DNA of 64,000 bases from Candidatus Nitrospinota bacterium M3_3B_026 (GTDB lineage: Bacteria; Nitrospinota_A; UBA7883; JBPRGF01). The stretch covers positions 32,001 through 96,000 of the forward strand of contig JBPRGF010000023.1 of the NCBI GenBank assembly GCA_051418015.1. The letters are read 5' to 3'. Shown in pieces: positions 9,931 to 19,216 of the stretch (position 1 is its first letter; every line of letters starts with the position of its first letter). The notes under the pieces are model-generated. The model searched no databases. It had not been told where the DNA came from and was given only the letters and a program-made list of their open reading frames with translations. Both the position numbers and the translations under genes were made by a program.

Positions 9931-11679
9931 ATGACCGACATACACGCCATGCGCCACTCCGCGGCGCACGTCATGGCGGAGGCGATACAGAGGTTGTACC
10001 CGAACGCGCAGTTCGCCTACGGCCCGGAGACGGAGGAAGGTTTTTATTACGACGTCAATATACCCGACGGCCATATCACGGAAGAAGACCTGCCCAAAAT
10101 CCAGAAGATCATGAAGGAGATAATAAAGGGCAAACACGAGTTCGTCCGCGAGGATATCCCGCGCGAACAGGCCCTGGAAATCTTCGCGGACCAGAAATTC
10201 AAGGTCCTCACGCTGGAAAACCAGCTTAAGGATGAGAAGACCGTCTCCATCTACCGGCAGGGGAATTTCGTCGATCTTTGCCGCGGCCCGCACGTCGAAA
10301 ACACGAAGCAGATAAAAGCGTTCAAGGTGGACAGGATAGCGGGCTCCTACTGGCTGGGCGACTCGAAAAACGAGCCGTTGCAGCGCGTTTACGGGCTGTG
10401 CTTCCCCACAAAGGAGGAGCTGAAGGAGCATCAAAGGCGGCTGGAGGAGGCGAAAAAGCGCGACCACCGGCTGATCGCAAAGAAGCTGAAGCTCTTCTCG
10501 TGGCACGAGGAGGGGCCGGGGTTTCCCTTCATGCTGCCGAAGGGCAGGACGATATTCAACCTGCTGGTGGACTATAACAGGAGAAAAAACACCGAGCGCG
10601 GCTTCGTGGAGATACACACCCCGCAGATGCTGGTCGAGGACCTGTGGGCCACCTCCGGCCATACCGGCTACTATCGGGAGAACATGTACTTTTCCGAGGT
10701 GGACGAGCGCTCGTTCGCCATAAAGCCGATGAATTGCCCCGGCGGAGTCCTCGTCTACAAGGAGGAGCGGCGCTCATACCGCGACCTGCCCATGCGCGTG
10801 GCCGAGTTCGGCCTGGTGAGCCGCCACGAGCTCTCCGGCGTGCTCAGCGGCCTGTTCCGCGCCCGCGCCTTCACACAGGACGACGCGCACATCTACCTCG
10901 ACATGAAGGACCTCAAGGCCGAGATACAGGACATCGTCGACCACACCATGGAGGTCTACCGCGACTTCGGGTTCGACGACTACACGATCTACGTCGCCAC
11001 CAGGCCGGAGAAGGCCATAGGCGAGCCGGAGGCGTGGGAGCGGGCGACGCGGATACTGATGGAAGCGCTTGATGAGAAGAATCTGAAGTACGGCGTCAAG
11101 GAAGGGGAAGGCGCCTTCTACGGGCCGAAAATAGAGTTCAACGTCAAGGACTGCATCGGGCGGCCGTGGCAGCTTGGCACGGTGCAGGTGGACTTTTTCC
11201 TGCCGGAGAGGTTCGGGCTGGAGTTCATCGGCGAGGACGGAAGGGCCCATCGCCCGGCCATGCTCCACCGCGCCATATTCGGCTCGCTGGAGCGCTTCAT
11301 CGGGGTGCTCATAGAGCATACCATGGGCGCGTTCCCCGTCTGGCTGACGCCGGTCCAGGCGATTGTCCTGCCCATTACGGACAACCAGAACGACTACGCG
11401 GAAAAGGTCCGGCGCCAGCTGACCGCCGAAGGGGCGCGGGTGGAGGCGGACATCTCCTCGGAGCGGGTGCAGAAGAAGATAAGGGAGGCGCAGCTGCAGA
11501 AAATACCCTACATGCTCGTCGCGGGCCCCCGCGAGGCGGAGAATGGGACGGTCTCCGTCAGGCTCAGGTCCGGCGTCGACCTTGGGGCCATGAGCCTGGA
11601 GGATTTTTTGAGCGGCCTGCGGGAAATGGAAAAGACGAAATCGGACCGGCTGTGGCCGGGGGAGGAGGGCGAGAAATAA
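9931..11679 (+). CDS. thrS: threonine--tRNA ligase (short form, no N-terminal TGS domain)
   Basis: RHSAAH editing motif, DLCRGPH, KPMNCP, FTQDDAH, GAFYGPK, HRAIFGSLERF. Confidence 0.96.
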   Translation: MTDIHAMRHSAAHVMAEAIQRLYPNAQFAYGPETEEGFYYDVNIPDGHITEEDLPKIQKIMKEIIKGKHEFVREDIPREQALEIFADQKFKVLTLENQLKDEKTVSIYRQGNFVDLCRGPHVENTKQIKAFKVDRIAGSYWLGDSKNEPLQRVYGLCFPTKEELKEHQRRLEEAKKRDHRLIAKKLKLFSWHEEGPGFPFMLPKGRTIFNLLVDYNRRKNTERGFVEIHTPQMLVEDLWATSGHTGYYRENMYFSEVDERSFAIKPMNCPGGVLVYKEERRSYRDLPMRVAEFGLVSRHELSGVLSGLFRARAFTQDDAHIYLDMKDLKAEIQDIVDHTMEVYRDFGFDDYTIYVATRPEKAIGEPEAWERATRILMEALDEKNLKYGVKEGEGAFYGPKIEFNVKDCIGRPWQLGTVQVDFFLPERFGLEFIGEDGRAHRPAMLHRAIFGSLERFIGVLIEHTMGAFPVWLTPVQAIVLPITDNQNDYAEKVRRQLTAEGARVEADISSERVQKKIREAQLQKIPYMLVAGPREAENGTVSVRLRSGVDLGAMSLEDFLSGLREMEKTKSDRLWPGEEGEK

Positions 11680-12177
11680 ATGGCGAAGGAAAGCTCTTTT
11701 GACATAGTTTCAAAGGTTGACATGCAGGAGGTGTCCAACGCCATCAACCAGGCCATGGCGGAGATCAGGCAGCGGTACGATTTCAAGGGCTCGAAGTCCG
11801 AAATAACCCTCGACCAGAAGGCGGGGACGATAAACATCCTCGCCGACGACGATCTGAAGCTCAAGAGCGTCGTGGACATCCTCCAGTCAAAGCTTGTCCG
11901 GCGGGGAGTGGCGCTGAAGGCGCTGGACTACGGCCCCGTCGAAAAAGCCACCGGCGGCATGGCAAGGCAGGTGATAACCCTGCAGCAGGGCATCCCCACG
12001 GAGAAGGCCAAGGAGATAGTGAAGCTCATCAAGAACATGAAGCTCAAAGTCCAGGGCGCCATCCAGGGCGACCAGGTGCGCGTCACCGGCAAGAAAAAAG
12101 ACGACCTGCAAGCGGTCATCGCCGCGCTGAAGGAGAAGGATTTCGGCATAGATATGCAGTTCATCAATTACAGGTAG
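11680..12177 (+). CDS. yajQ: YajQ family nucleotide/c-di-GMP-binding protein
   Basis: [38 protein letters not shown]. Confidence 0.95.
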   Translation: MAKESSFDIVSKVDMQEVSNAINQAMAEIRQRYDFKGSKSEITLDQKAGTINILADDDLKLKSVVDILQSKLVRRGVALKALDYGPVEKATGGMARQVITLQQGIPTEKAKEIVKLIKNMKLKVQGAIQGDQVRVTGKKKDDLQAVIAALKEKDFGIDMQFINYR

Positions 12178-12181
12178 CCTC

Positions 12182-13015
12182 TTGGTCCCCCTCTTCATCG
12201 TCGACGCCTTCGCCGAAAAACCCTTCAGCGGAAACCCCGCCGCCGTCTGCCTGCTGCTGGACGAGGAGAGGCCGGATGAATGGAAACAATACCTCGCCGC
12301 GGAGATGAACCTTTCCGAGACGGCCTTTGTCACACGCGGGAAAGACGGCGCCGAAAATATTTTCGGTCTGCGGTGGTTCACACCAGCGACGGAGGTAAAC
12401 CTCTGCGGCCACGCGACCCTCGCTTCGGCCCACGTCCTATGGGAAGAGGGGATCGTCCCCTCGTCTGAAAAAATCATGTTCGAGACAAAAAGCGGCCCGC
12501 TGGAGGCGGCCCGGACGGCGGATGGGGTGAGCCTCGATTTCCCCGCCATAAACCCCGAGCCCGCCGCGCCGCCGATGGAGCTTGTGGAGGGCCTGGGGAC
12601 GAACCCCCTGACCGTAAGAAAAGCGGGAGAGGATTTTATGGTGGAGCTTGCGTCGCCGGAGGCCGTGGAGGAACTGGCGCCGGATCTGCCGGTTCTGAAG
12701 CGTCTGGATTGCAGGGGAGTGATCGTGACCGCCCGCGGCGGGGAGGGGGCGGATTTTGTCTCGCGTTTTTTCGCGCCCTCGGCGGGGATAGACGAAGACC
12801 CCGTCACAGGCTCCGCCCATTGCTCCCTGGGCGTCTACTGGTCCCGGATGCTTGGCAGGAAGAAACTTTCCGCGAGGCAGCTTTCGAAAAGGGGCGGCTT
12901 TCTCAAGGTCGAAGTGAAAGAGAACCGCGTGATCCTCTCCGGCAAGGCCGTGACCGTGTTGAGAGGAGAGCTTGAGGCGCCGCCTGGGAACCGCCGCGCC
13001 GTCAACTCTCCTTGA
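12182..13015 (+). CDS. PhzF family isomerase/epimerase
   Basis: VDAF..GNPAAV, EMNLSETAF, RWFTP..EVNLCGHATLA, EDPVTGSAH. Confidence 0.92.
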   Translation: MVPLFIVDAFAEKPFSGNPAAVCLLLDEERPDEWKQYLAAEMNLSETAFVTRGKDGAENIFGLRWFTPATEVNLCGHATLASAHVLWEEGIVPSSEKIMFETKSGPLEAARTADGVSLDFPAINPEPAAPPMELVEGLGTNPLTVRKAGEDFMVELASPEAVEELAPDLPVLKRLDCRGVIVTARGGEGADFVSRFFAPSAGIDEDPVTGSAHCSLGVYWSRMLGRKKLSARQLSKRGGFLKVEVKENRVILSGKAVTVLRGELEAPPGNRRAVNSP

Positions 13016-14390
13016 ATCTCCTGGTGTCGATCCCGTACTTTTTGATCTTGTACCACATGCTCCGCTCGGTGATGTTCAGGTCCTTCGCGGCGCGGTTCTG
13101 CCGCCAGCCGTTTCTCTCCAGGGCGGTGAGAATCAGGCTCTTCTCAAACTCGCTCACCATCTCGTCCAGTCCGCCGGTCTCCTCCGGCGGCATGGTGAAA
13201 AGTATCTCGTCCCCCTGCCTGACGCTGGGGGGGATATGCTCCACCCCCAGGGTGTCGCCGTCGCAGACCACCACCGCCCTTTCGATGGCGTTTTCCAGCT
13301 CGCGCACGTTCCCCGGCCACGAGTAGCCCGTCAGTCTTCCCATGGCGGCGGGGTCGATCCTTTTTATCTTCAGCCCGTTCTCGGCGCAGAACTTCTCCGC
13401 GAAATGCTCCGCCAGCGCCGGGATGTCGTCCTTTCGCTCCCGCAGCGGCGGCAGGGATATGACCAGGACGTTGAGCCTGTAGAACAGGTCGTTCCTGAAC
13501 TGCCCCTCCTCTATGGCCTTCGAAAGGTTCCTGTTCGTCGCGGCGATGATCCTTATGTCCACCTTCCGCGGCTGGTGGCTTCCCACGCGCTCGACCTCCC
13601 GCTCCTGCATGGCCCGCAGAACCTTGGCCTGGGTGGAAAGCGCCATGTCGCCTATCTCGTCGAGGAAAAGCGTCCCCCCGTCCGCCGCCTCGAACTTGCC
13701 TATTCTGGCGTCGACCCCCGTGGCGACGTTGCTCTCTATCCCGAAAAGCTCCGCCTCCAGCAGGCTTTCGGGTATGGCGGAACAGTTCACTTTTATGAAG
13801 GGCTTCTCCGCGCGGCCGGAGTTGTAATGCACGGCCTTGGCGACAAGCTCCTTGCCGGAGCCGGTCTCACCGGTTATCAGGACGGTGGAGCGCACCCGCG
13901 CGGCGCGCTCGGTCATGTCGAAAACCTCCCTCATCCTGCCGGAGGAGCCTATTATGGAGTCGAACTTGAACCGCTCCCTGAGATCGAGCCTGAGACGGCG
14001 GTTTTCCATGACAAGCTTCCTGTTGGTGAGCGCGTTGTCCAGGTTGAGGTACAGGTCGTCGGGGTCCACGGGCTTGGTCAGGTAGTTGAAAGCCCCTTCC
14101 CTGATCGTCTCTATGGCGAGCTTTATGTCCCTGGACGCCGTGAGGATTATGACCGGCAGGTCCGGGTCCACGCCCTTGACGGCTTTCATCAGCTCCAGGC
14201 CGGACGTGTCCGGCATGAAATAGTCCAGCACCGCCGCCGAGAAGCGGCCCTCGCTCATCTCCTTCATGGCGTCGCGGAAGGTGAGGCAGGGCGTGACGTC
14301 ATATTTTTTCTTGATCTTCAGGAAGTTGTCCACCATCTGGAGGGCGTTTATGTCATCGTCCACCACCAGTATGTTTTCCTTGACCGCCAT
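13002..14390 (-). CDS. NtrC-family response regulator (REC-AAA+-HTH)
   Basis: ILVVDD..D..MP receiver domain, GETGSGKE Walker A, LFLDEIG Walker B, WPGNVRELEN, C-terminal Fis-type HTH; start placed at ATG 14390. Confidence 0.92.
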   Translation of the reverse strand: MAVKENILVVDDDINALQMVDNFLKIKKKYDVTPCLTFRDAMKEMSEGRFSAAVLDYFMPDTSGLELMKAVKGVDPDLPVIILTASRDIKLAIETIREGAFNYLTKPVDPDDLYLNLDNALTNRKLVMENRRLRLDLRERFKFDSIIGSSGRMREVFDMTERAARVRSTVLITGETGSGKELVAKAVHYNSGRAEKPFIKVNCSAIPESLLEAELFGIESNVATGVDARIGKFEAADGGTLFLDEIGDMALSTQAKVLRAMQEREVERVGSHQPRKVDIRIIAATNRNLSKAIEEGQFRNDLFYRLNVLVISLPPLRERKDDIPALAEHFAEKFCAENGLKIKRIDPAAMGRLTGYSWPGNVRELENAIERAVVVCDGDTLGVEHIPPSVRQGDEILFTMPPEETGGLDEMVSEFEKSLILTALERNGWRQNRAAKDLNITERSMWYKIKKYGIDTRRFKES

Positions 14391-14395
14391 ACGCC

Positions 14396-16141
14396 CTACC
14401 CCTCCATCGTCCCCGGCGCGGACGAGAGGCCGCGTGGCCACGAAAACTCCAGGGCGAACCCCCTGCCGAGGCCGGAGACGGCTTTTATGGAGCCGCCGTG
14501 CAGGCCGATTATCTTCCTGACCGTAGGCAGCCCCAGCCCCACACCCTTTTTCCTGTGGCCGCCCTGGTGATATTCCTCGAACAGGGATTCCAGCTGTTCC
14601 TCGGCCACCCCCTGTCCGTCGTCGCTGACGCGGAGGAAGACATCCTCCCCCTCCGCCCTGGCGTCTATGTCTATCCGTGAGCGGGCGTGCTTCAAGGCGT
14701 TGCCGACAAGGTTCAAAAACACCCTCTCAAGCTGCGCCCTGTCGAACCTCGCCAAGACGGAGCCGGGTACCTGCGCCCTGCCCCCGGAAAGATGGGCGCC
14801 GTTGACGAAAACGTCTATCCTCCTCATCGCAAGCTCCGGCAGGCTGGCCTGCACGGCGGACTCCACCACCTTCATGATGTCGCCCTCCTCGACGTTGAGA
14901 ACCAGCTTGCCGGATTTTATCTTGGCGTAGACGAGGATGTCCTCCACGAACCTTGCCGTGCGCTCCGTGGAGTTCGAAAGGTTGTCCACCATGGTGTAAA
15001 AACTCTCCGGGTCCGCCGTGGGGGAGACGCTTTTAAGGAGCCTCGCGTAGCCAGACACGGGGTTCAGAAGCGACAGCAGGTCATGGGTGAGGGAGAAGTA
15101 TAGAAGCTCCTTTTCCTCCTCCCGCGCCACCACCTCCTCGAAAAGCCGCGAGTTCTCCACCGCCACGGCGCACTGCCTGGCCACCGCCTCCAGAAGCTCG
15201 GCGGACCTTTCGCCGTACAGCCCCTTCTTCGTGTAGCTCTGGACGGAGACAACCCCCACCACCCTGTCCTGGTAGATCATCGGCGCCCCAAGCCACGACT
15301 TCGCCGGGCGGCCGCCGTGGCGGATGCCAAGCTTCTCGCACTCCTCCACGGTGTCGTATTTCATCAGGAGAGGCTTGCGGTTTTTCACCACCCAGCTGTT
15401 CATTCCGTCGGAGAGAGGATAGACCTCCGGGCGGTCCAGACCGGACCCGGCGGCGAAGTAGCTCGCCAGGAACGAAAGCTCCTTCCGCGCGTCGTCATAC
15501 ACCACGACGTTCACCTCGTCGGTCTCCATCACCGTCCCGAGCCTGGCGACGATCTCCCTGGTCATGTCCTTCAAGGTGAGCTTGGAGGCTATGAGCCTGC
15601 CCACGGTGTTCACCGTCTCCAGGTCCTGCGCGCGGGCCTCCACGGTCTTGTTCTCCAGTATCCTGGCCGCCGTCTCGCCTATGTTCGCGGCCATGGCTTC
15701 CACGATCAGAAGGCTTTCAGGGTCCGGCGGAGCGGCGTCCCCCACGGCGGCGAAAAAAATTCCCCCCGCCTCGCCGTCCACTATCACGGGCGCCGCCACG
15801 GCATGGCGGAAACCGGCCCCCGTACAGTGGGGAAGGCTCGTCTTTCCAGAAGCCGCCCTCCCCGGCGAGCCGCCGGCAAGCGCCGCGCCGCAGACGCATC
15901 CCGGCGCGGAAAGACCGGTGAAACAGAACCGCGCGCCTTCCTCCCGCGAGATATCAAGCCCCGCCCTGCCGGAGCGAAGGCCGATCCTTATCCCGCCTCC
16001 GGAAAAACCCGGAAGACCAAGGAACTCGCGCAACACTTCTCCGAGCGCGCCGGCGAACTCATTCTCGGAGCATGATTTGTTCAGCCGGGAGACGATCTTC
16101 CGGTATTGTTCGAATCCTGAAGGCGTCAAAGAAGATGTCAA
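14396..16141 (-). CDS. cytoplasmic GAF-GAF sensor histidine kinase
   Basis: Two GAF-like segments, THDL H-box, GNALKH, DDGQGV, GVGLGL; directly upstream of the regulator; start codon uncertain. Confidence 0.85.
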   Translation of the reverse strand: MTSSLTPSGFEQYRKIVSRLNKSCSENEFAGALGEVLREFLGLPGFSGGGIRIGLRSGRAGLDISREEGARFCFTGLSAPGCVCGAALAGGSPGRAASGKTSLPHCTGAGFRHAVAAPVIVDGEAGGIFFAAVGDAAPPDPESLLIVEAMAANIGETAARILENKTVEARAQDLETVNTVGRLIASKLTLKDMTREIVARLGTVMETDEVNVVVYDDARKELSFLASYFAAGSGLDRPEVYPLSDGMNSWVVKNRKPLLMKYDTVEECEKLGIRHGGRPAKSWLGAPMIYQDRVVGVVSVQSYTKKGLYGERSAELLEAVARQCAVAVENSRLFEEVVAREEEKELLYFSLTHDLLSLLNPVSGYARLLKSVSPTADPESFYTMVDNLSNSTERTARFVEDILVYAKIKSGKLVLNVEEGDIMKVVESAVQASLPELAMRRIDVFVNGAHLSGGRAQVPGSVLARFDRAQLERVFLNLVGNALKHARSRIDIDARAEGEDVFLRVSDDGQGVAEEQLESLFEEYHQGGHRKKGVGLGLPTVRKIIGLHGGSIKAVSGLGRGFALEFSWPRGLSSAPGTMEG

Positions 16142-16321
16142 AGCTTGCTTTCCCCGCTCCCGGCTGACCGCGCAAAATTCCCCGTTGTCTCTAAAACAAT
16201 TATAACCAAGACGGACGGTTTAAGCATCATTGACGATTTTATATATTTATATGATAATTAGTTCATAAATATAACGAATAGGCCGTAAACGGCAAAAGCC
16301 GCGCGGAAGGGGAAGAAGAGC

Positions 16322-17425
16322 ATGAAATGCCCGTACTGCAATTACGTCAGCTTCGATTACATTAACACCTGCCGCAAGTGCTCCAGGGACCTGACCGCCC
16401 ACAAGTCCCAGTATGGAATAGATTTCCTGGAGCCGATATCGCTTGGCGCCCTGGCCGCGGCCGGCGGCGCGGCGGAGATGGCAGAGGAGGCGCCGGCCTC
16501 TTTCGACACCGGTGACTTCAGCTTTGATACGGAGACCTCCGAGGGCGTGGTGATCGGCGGGGAAGAAGAGGCAGCCGCCGAGGCGCCGCCGGAAAGCGAA
16601 GAGGGGTTCCAGCTCGACATAGGAGAATCACTCGAACAGGAACCCGGAGAAGCCGGGCCGGAGACAGGAGGCGAGACCGACGAGGACCTCCGCGCCGCCC
16701 TTGGAGAATCCACCGACGAGATATCGCTTCAGGATATCGATACGGGAGAGGGAATAGAGATATCGACCGAGCCGGAGGCTGAAGAGGAGAAATCCTCAGC
16801 CGAGCAGATAGAGGACCTCGCCTCCGACAGCGGGTTCTCGCTGAACCTGGGGGAGGATTTTTCTGAAGAAAGCGACCTTGCCATCGAGGAGCCCCCTCCC
16901 CTGCCGGAGCCTGGCGAAAGCGCCGTCGAGGAAGCTCCGCCCGGGCAGGAGGGCGTCAGCCTCGAGTCCGCCGATCTCGGCGAGATAGAGCTGACCGAGG
17001 AGCCAGCCCCGGCCGAACAGGGCGAGATCGAGATGGAAGAGCCCGCCGGCGGAATCGAGATGGAGAGCACCGGGCCGCAGGTGGAGGAAGAGCCCGGAGA
17101 GGTCACCATGGAAGAGCCGGGCGAAGAAGGCGCCCCCGAAATAACCTTCGAGCAGGAGGAGGAAAAAGAGACCGGCGGGGAAGTCTCGATCGAGCCGCCG
17201 CCGGAGGAGGACCTTGAGATATCCCTGGACCTCGAGGAAGAACCCGGAAAGGCCTCCGGGCAGGAAGGTGAGGAAGATTTCGCGGATATCGAGCTCGGCG
17301 CCGACGAGCAGGAGCTTTTCGAAGAGGAGGAGAAAAAGAAGGACACGGAGGACGAAGAGATCGACCTTGGCGACCTCGACCTCCAGATCGGCGATGAGGA
17401 CCTGGACGACCTCAAGTTCGACTGA
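16322..17425 (+). CDS. hypothetical protein with N-terminal zinc ribbon and long acidic tail
   Basis: CPYC..CRKC at the N-terminus, followed by ~300 aa of E/D-rich low-complexity sequence; upstream TTGACG-N17-GATAAT at 16230-16258. Confidence 0.8.
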   Translation: MKCPYCNYVSFDYINTCRKCSRDLTAHKSQYGIDFLEPISLGALAAAGGAAEMAEEAPASFDTGDFSFDTETSEGVVIGGEEEAAAEAPPESEEGFQLDIGESLEQEPGEAGPETGGETDEDLRAALGESTDEISLQDIDTGEGIEISTEPEAEEEKSSAEQIEDLASDSGFSLNLGEDFSEESDLAIEEPPPLPEPGESAVEEAPPGQEGVSLESADLGEIELTEEPAPAEQGEIEMEEPAGGIEMESTGPQVEEEPGEVTMEEPGEEGAPEITFEQEEEKETGGEVSIEPPPEEDLEISLDLEEEPGKASGQEGEEDFADIELGADEQELFEEEEKKKDTEDEEIDLGDLDLQIGDEDLDDLKFD

Positions 17426-17435
17426 AGTTTTTGCG

Positions 17436-17954
17436 TTGAACGAGCCGCGCCAGGCCGCCCCGCCGGAAGACTCGGGGCGGCAGAGTCCCCCGCTTCCTCC
17501 GGAGAAGCCCCGGGCGGCCCCGCCATCCGCGAGGTACGCATCCTTCCCGAGGCGCTTCGCCGCCTACGCGCTGGACAACCTCTTTATCGCCGTTCTCACC
17601 TTTTTCATGACCGCGCTGGCCGCGAAGACGGCGGGCGGCTCGCCCGTCAGCGATATGGAGAGCGCGGCGCGCATGTTCTGGATGGTCTACGGCTTTTACA
17701 CCGCCGCCTCGGCTGGCTATTTCACCATCCTGATCGGCGGCGGGGGACAGACGGCGGGCAAGCGGCTCCTGAACATAAAAGTCGTCCGGCTGGACGGCTC
17801 CGGCGTCTCCTACGGGCGCGCCTTCGTCCGCATGATCGGATATTACATAAGCGCCATCTTCATCTACATCGGCTTTCTCATCGCCCTCATCGATCCGCGG
17901 AGCCAGACACTCCACGACAAGATCGCCCAGACGGTAGTAGTGGAAATGGACTGA
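17436..17954 (+). CDS. RDD family membrane protein
   Basis: YASFPRRFAAYALD, GQTAGKRLLNIKVV, QTLHDKIAQTVVV; probable TTG start at 17436. Confidence 0.88.
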   Translation: MNEPRQAAPPEDSGRQSPPLPPEKPRAAPPSARYASFPRRFAAYALDNLFIAVLTFFMTALAAKTAGGSPVSDMESAARMFWMVYGFYTAASAGYFTILIGGGGQTAGKRLLNIKVVRLDGSGVSYGRAFVRMIGYYISAIFIYIGFLIALIDPRSQTLHDKIAQTVVVEMD

Positions 17955-18070
17955 GCCCATCTGTATAATTGGCGGGTCGTCAAAATTCTTCAAGCCAGGC
18001 AGGCGGCGCGCGGAATTTCCCGGAAGTCTCAGAGACCCGCCCGCTTCGCCCAAGGAAGGAGATAACACAA

Positions 18071-19216
18071 GTGAAAAAACGCTATCTAATATCGCCCGGG
18101 CCCACACCCGTCCCGGAGGAGGTCCTCCTGGAGATGGCAAGGCCGATGATCCACCACAGGACGCCACAGTTCTCCGCCGTTTTCGCCGAGTGCGCCGAGG
18201 GGCTGAAAAAGCTCTTCAAGACCAGCCAGCCGGTCATGATGCTGGCATCCTCCGGCACCGGCGCCATGGAGGCCGCCGTCACGAACCTCTTCTCGCCCGG
18301 CGAGACGGTCCTGGCGATCAACGGCGGAAAGTTCGGCGAGCGCTGGGGCAGGATCGCCGAGGCCTACGGGCTGAGCGTCGAATGGCTCAACGTCGAATGG
18401 GGACGGGCCGTGGCCGTCGAGGAGATCGAGGCGGCCATCGAGAAAAACCCGAAGATAGCCGCCGTTCTCACCCAGGGGTCGGACACCTCCACGACGGTGG
18501 CCCACCCCGTGAAACAGATCGCGAAGGTCACGCGGAAGACGGACAGGCTGCTCATCGTAGATGGGATCACCGCCGTCGGCGTCGTGGACATGCCGATGGA
18601 CGAGTGGGGGATAGACGTTCTTCTCACGGGATCGCAGAAGGCGCTCATGCTCCCTCCCGGCCTGGCCTTCATCGCCCTGTCTGAAAAAGCCTGGAAGCGA
18701 AACGAGACCGCGAAGCTGCCGAGATTCTACTTCGACCTGGCCAAGGAGCGCAAAAACCTCGCCAAGGACACCTCCGCCTACACCCCCGCCGTGTCGCTCA
18801 TCCAGGGCCTGCGCAAGGTTCTGGAGATGATGTTCGACGAGGGGCTGGACAACGTCTACAAGCGCCACGACGCGCTGGCCTCCGCCGCCCGCGCCGGCGT
18901 CGCCGCGCTGGGCCTGAAGCCGCTCGCGCCGGACTCCCCGGCGAACTCGGCCACGGGCCTTTACGTCCCCGATGGCATGGACGGCGCGGCGCTGGTCAAG
19001 GACCTGAGGGACAACTACGGCGTCACCTTCGCCGGAGGACAAGACCACCTGAAGGGGAAAATCGTGAGGATAGCCCACCTGGGCTATTTCGACTCCTTCG
19101 ACATGATAGTAGCCCTCGGCGCGCTGGAGATGGCGCTTTCCAAGCACGGGGCCGATGTCAAGATGGGCGCGGGCGTGGCGGCGGCGCAGAAGGTCTTGAA
19201 CAAACGTTACAAATGA
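18071..19216 (+). CDS. class V PLP aminotransferase (alanine-glyoxylate/serine-pyruvate family)
   Basis: PGPTPVP, HHRT, SGTGAMEAA, GSQKALMLPPGL; GTG start at 18071 after AAGGAAGGAG. Confidence 0.92.
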   Translation: MKKRYLISPGPTPVPEEVLLEMARPMIHHRTPQFSAVFAECAEGLKKLFKTSQPVMMLASSGTGAMEAAVTNLFSPGETVLAINGGKFGERWGRIAEAYGLSVEWLNVEWGRAVAVEEIEAAIEKNPKIAAVLTQGSDTSTTVAHPVKQIAKVTRKTDRLLIVDGITAVGVVDMPMDEWGIDVLLTGSQKALMLPPGLAFIALSEKAWKRNETAKLPRFYFDLAKERKNLAKDTSAYTPAVSLIQGLRKVLEMMFDEGLDNVYKRHDALASAARAGVAALGLKPLAPDSPANSATGLYVPDGMDGAALVKDLRDNYGVTFAGGQDHLKGKIVRIAHLGYFDSFDMIVALGALEMALSKHGADVKMGAGVAAAQKVLNKRYK

